64,000 nt of DNA from Kofleriaceae bacterium (GTDB lineage: Bacteria > Myxococcota_A > Polyangia > Haliangiales > Haliangiaceae), in contig CBDCCZ010000043.1 of assembly GCA_965215005.1 (NCBI GenBank), positions 1 through 64,000 on the forward strand. The letters are read 5' to 3'. The position numbers and the translations under genes are program-made. Positions 62,404-64,000 of the stretch are shown in pieces. How positions within the stretch are numbered: position 1 is the first letter of the stretch; each line of letters opens with the position of its first letter. The notes beneath the pieces are model-generated. The model worked only from the letters and a program-made list of their open reading frames with translations, was not told the origin of the DNA and did no database searches.

Positions 62404-63461
62404 GCTGGACGAGTGGAATACTCGCGCACCGCATCCACCATCACCCGAACGTGCTCAGGGTTGGTCTGCGGCAGCACGCCATGTCCCAGGTTGAACACGT
62501 GCCCCGGCGCTCCGCCGACGGCATCGAGCACGTCCTTGACCCGCTCGCGGACGCCTTCGGGCGGCAAGAATAAACACGTGGGATCCATATTTCCCTGCAC
62601 CGCCACCGGGCCGAGCTGCTGGCGCGCATGACCGATGTCGATACGCCAGTCGATGCCATAGACGTCAGCCCCGGCCTCGGTATAGGTATCGAGATAGGGC
62701 GCGCAGCCATTTACGAAATAGATGATGGGCACGCCATCGCCGCGGCTCCACGTTGGCGAAGCTTTGAGGCGATCGAACACCGCCTTGGCGTGACGCAGCG
62801 CCCACTCGCGAAAGTCGCGCGGCGACAGAATTCCAGCCCAGCTATCGAAGAGCTGTACCGCCTGCGCGCCGGCTTCCACCTGCGCCTCGAGATAGCTCGC
62901 GCAACACGCCGCCAGCTTATCGAGCAGCGCATGCGCGGTCTTTGGATCGCTGTACATCATCGCTTTGGTGTGCGGATAACTCTTCGAGCCGCCACCTTCG
63001 ATAGCGTACGTGGCGAGCGTGAACGGCGCGCCGGCAAACCCGATGAGCGGAACGCGATCGGCGAGGGTTTTGCGGATCAGCCGCACGGCGTCGAGCACGT
63101 AGGGCATCTCAGCGGCGGGATCCGGCACGGTGAGGCGGTCCACCGCGGCGCGATCGCGGAGCGGTTGTGGGAGCGACGGCCCGCCATCGCCAAAGATGAG
63201 CTCCATGCCCATCGCTTCGATTGGCACCAAGATGTCGCAAAACAAGATCGCTGCATCGAAACCAAAGCGATCGATGGGCTGCATGGTGACTTCGCAGGCC
63301 AGCTCTGGCGTCTTGCAAAGCTCGAGGAACGAGACCTTGCGGCGCACCGCCTGATATTCGGGCAGGTATCGCCCTGCTTGCCGCATCATCCAAACTGGCG
63401 TCCGCTCGACTGGTTGCCGGCGGCAGGCGCGCAAGAACAGGTGCTCATTGTCCGAAGCCAT
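62400..63461 (-). CDS. hemE: Uroporphyrinogen decarboxylase
   Basis: [39 protein letters not shown] and FNLGHG. Confidence 0.97.
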   Translation of the reverse strand: MASDNEHLFLRACRRQPVERTPVWMMRQAGRYLPEYQAVRRKVSFLELCKTPELACEVTMQPIDRFGFDAAILFCDILVPIEAMGMELIFGDGGPSLPQPLRDRAAVDRLTVPDPAAEMPYVLDAVRLIRKTLADRVPLIGFAGAPFTLATYAIEGGGSKSYPHTKAMMYSDPKTAHALLDKLAACCASYLEAQVEAGAQAVQLFDSWAGILSPRDFREWALRHAKAVFDRLKASPTWSRGDGVPIIYFVNGCAPYLDTYTEAGADVYGIDWRIDIGHARQQLGPVAVQGNMDPTCLFLPPEGVRERVKDVLDAVGGAPGHVFNLGHGVLPQTNPEHVRVMVDAVREYSTRPA

Positions 63462-63553
63462 GGCGCTCGATGGTAGCACGCAGCTTGCGCCAGTCGGCAC
63501 ACGTGGAAGCGCGGATATTGGCGCGTTCTCGCCTTCGAGATACAGTGCCACCC

Positions 63554-64000
63554 ATGAGGCCAAGCGGGGGCGCGCACCTGGTTCTACTGCTGCTCTTGAC
63601 CGCGATTGGATGCGGCGGCAGCGCAGGCCAAGATGCTGGCCCTCCGCCACCTGGTCCGTTCGACGACGTAAAGCTCACGCAGGATCTCACGGCAGAGAGT
63701 CTCGATGGTCCACTCCACGTGGTGCGCGACGAGTACGGCCTGCTGCACGTTCATGCAACCACGCCGGGCGATGCTGCCTATGGGCAAGGCTACATGATGG
63801 CGCACGATCGGCTGCCGCAAATGGATATCCTGCGACGCTTCGGCGCCGGTACCTTGGCCGAAATCTTCGGAGCCCTCGATCCAAGCACGCTAGAGACCGA
63901 CCTCGAGATGCGGATTCATCGCATGCGACCCCTCGCTGAAGCAGCGTGGGCGGCTTTGCGAACTTCTACCGATCCGCGCGACCGCGAGATCGTGATCATC
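63554..64000 (+). CDS. Penicillin acylase (Ntn hydrolase) family lipoprotein, 3' end outside the window
   Basis: Not in the ORF track. My translation: [20 protein letters not shown]...[13 protein letters not shown]...[32 protein letters not shown]. Confidence 0.88.
   Translation, partial: MRPSGGAHLVLLLLLTAIGCGGSAGQDAGPPPPGPFDDVKLTQDLTAESLDGPLHVVRDEYGLLHVHATTPGDAAYGQGYMMAHDRLPQMDILRRFGAGTLAEIFGALDPSTLETDLEMRIHRMRPLAEAAWAALRTSTDPRDREIVII

Noticed and set aside
63462..63650. N-terminal extension of HemE in the ORF track
   Set aside because: Overlaps the divergent penicillin acylase start at 63554; HemE homology begins near 63461.

Overview
High-GC bacterial chromosome segment, most likely Myxococcota (MYXO-CTERM-like tail, many Cys-rich lipoproteins, spirochaete/planctomycete/delta-type EF-G). 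It carries about 48 densely packed protein genes. I see no rRNA, tRNA, CRISPR array or intact transposase. From left to right: the tail of a Wadjet JetD-like Toprim gene, an alpha-2-macroglobulin lipoprotein, OPT and SLC12-type transporters, a TetR-RND efflux operon, thyA-folA, a triple spondin-domain lipoprotein, housekeeping hydrolases, a glycosyltransferase/DUF2891 pair, msrA, oxyR, a lipoprotein + TonB-dependent receptor + TtpB/TtpC/ExbB/ExbD/TonB/TPR import locus with Pho-box-like repeats, PolX, a RecA-like ATPase-SLOG fusion, a stand-alone fusA, a hemE-hemY(fusion)-Rsm22-S1-GST run, and the start of a penicillin acylase. The best candidate for an undescribed system is a translationally coupled three-gene operon (34853 to 31469, minus strand): L,D-transpeptidase lipoprotein, PAPS-dependent sulfotransferase, and a TyrRS/TrpRS-fold protein that has lost its HIGH and KMSKS motifs and may be a tRNA-dependent peptide-bond-forming enzyme. 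All family calls come from motif recognition by eye; no searches were run.
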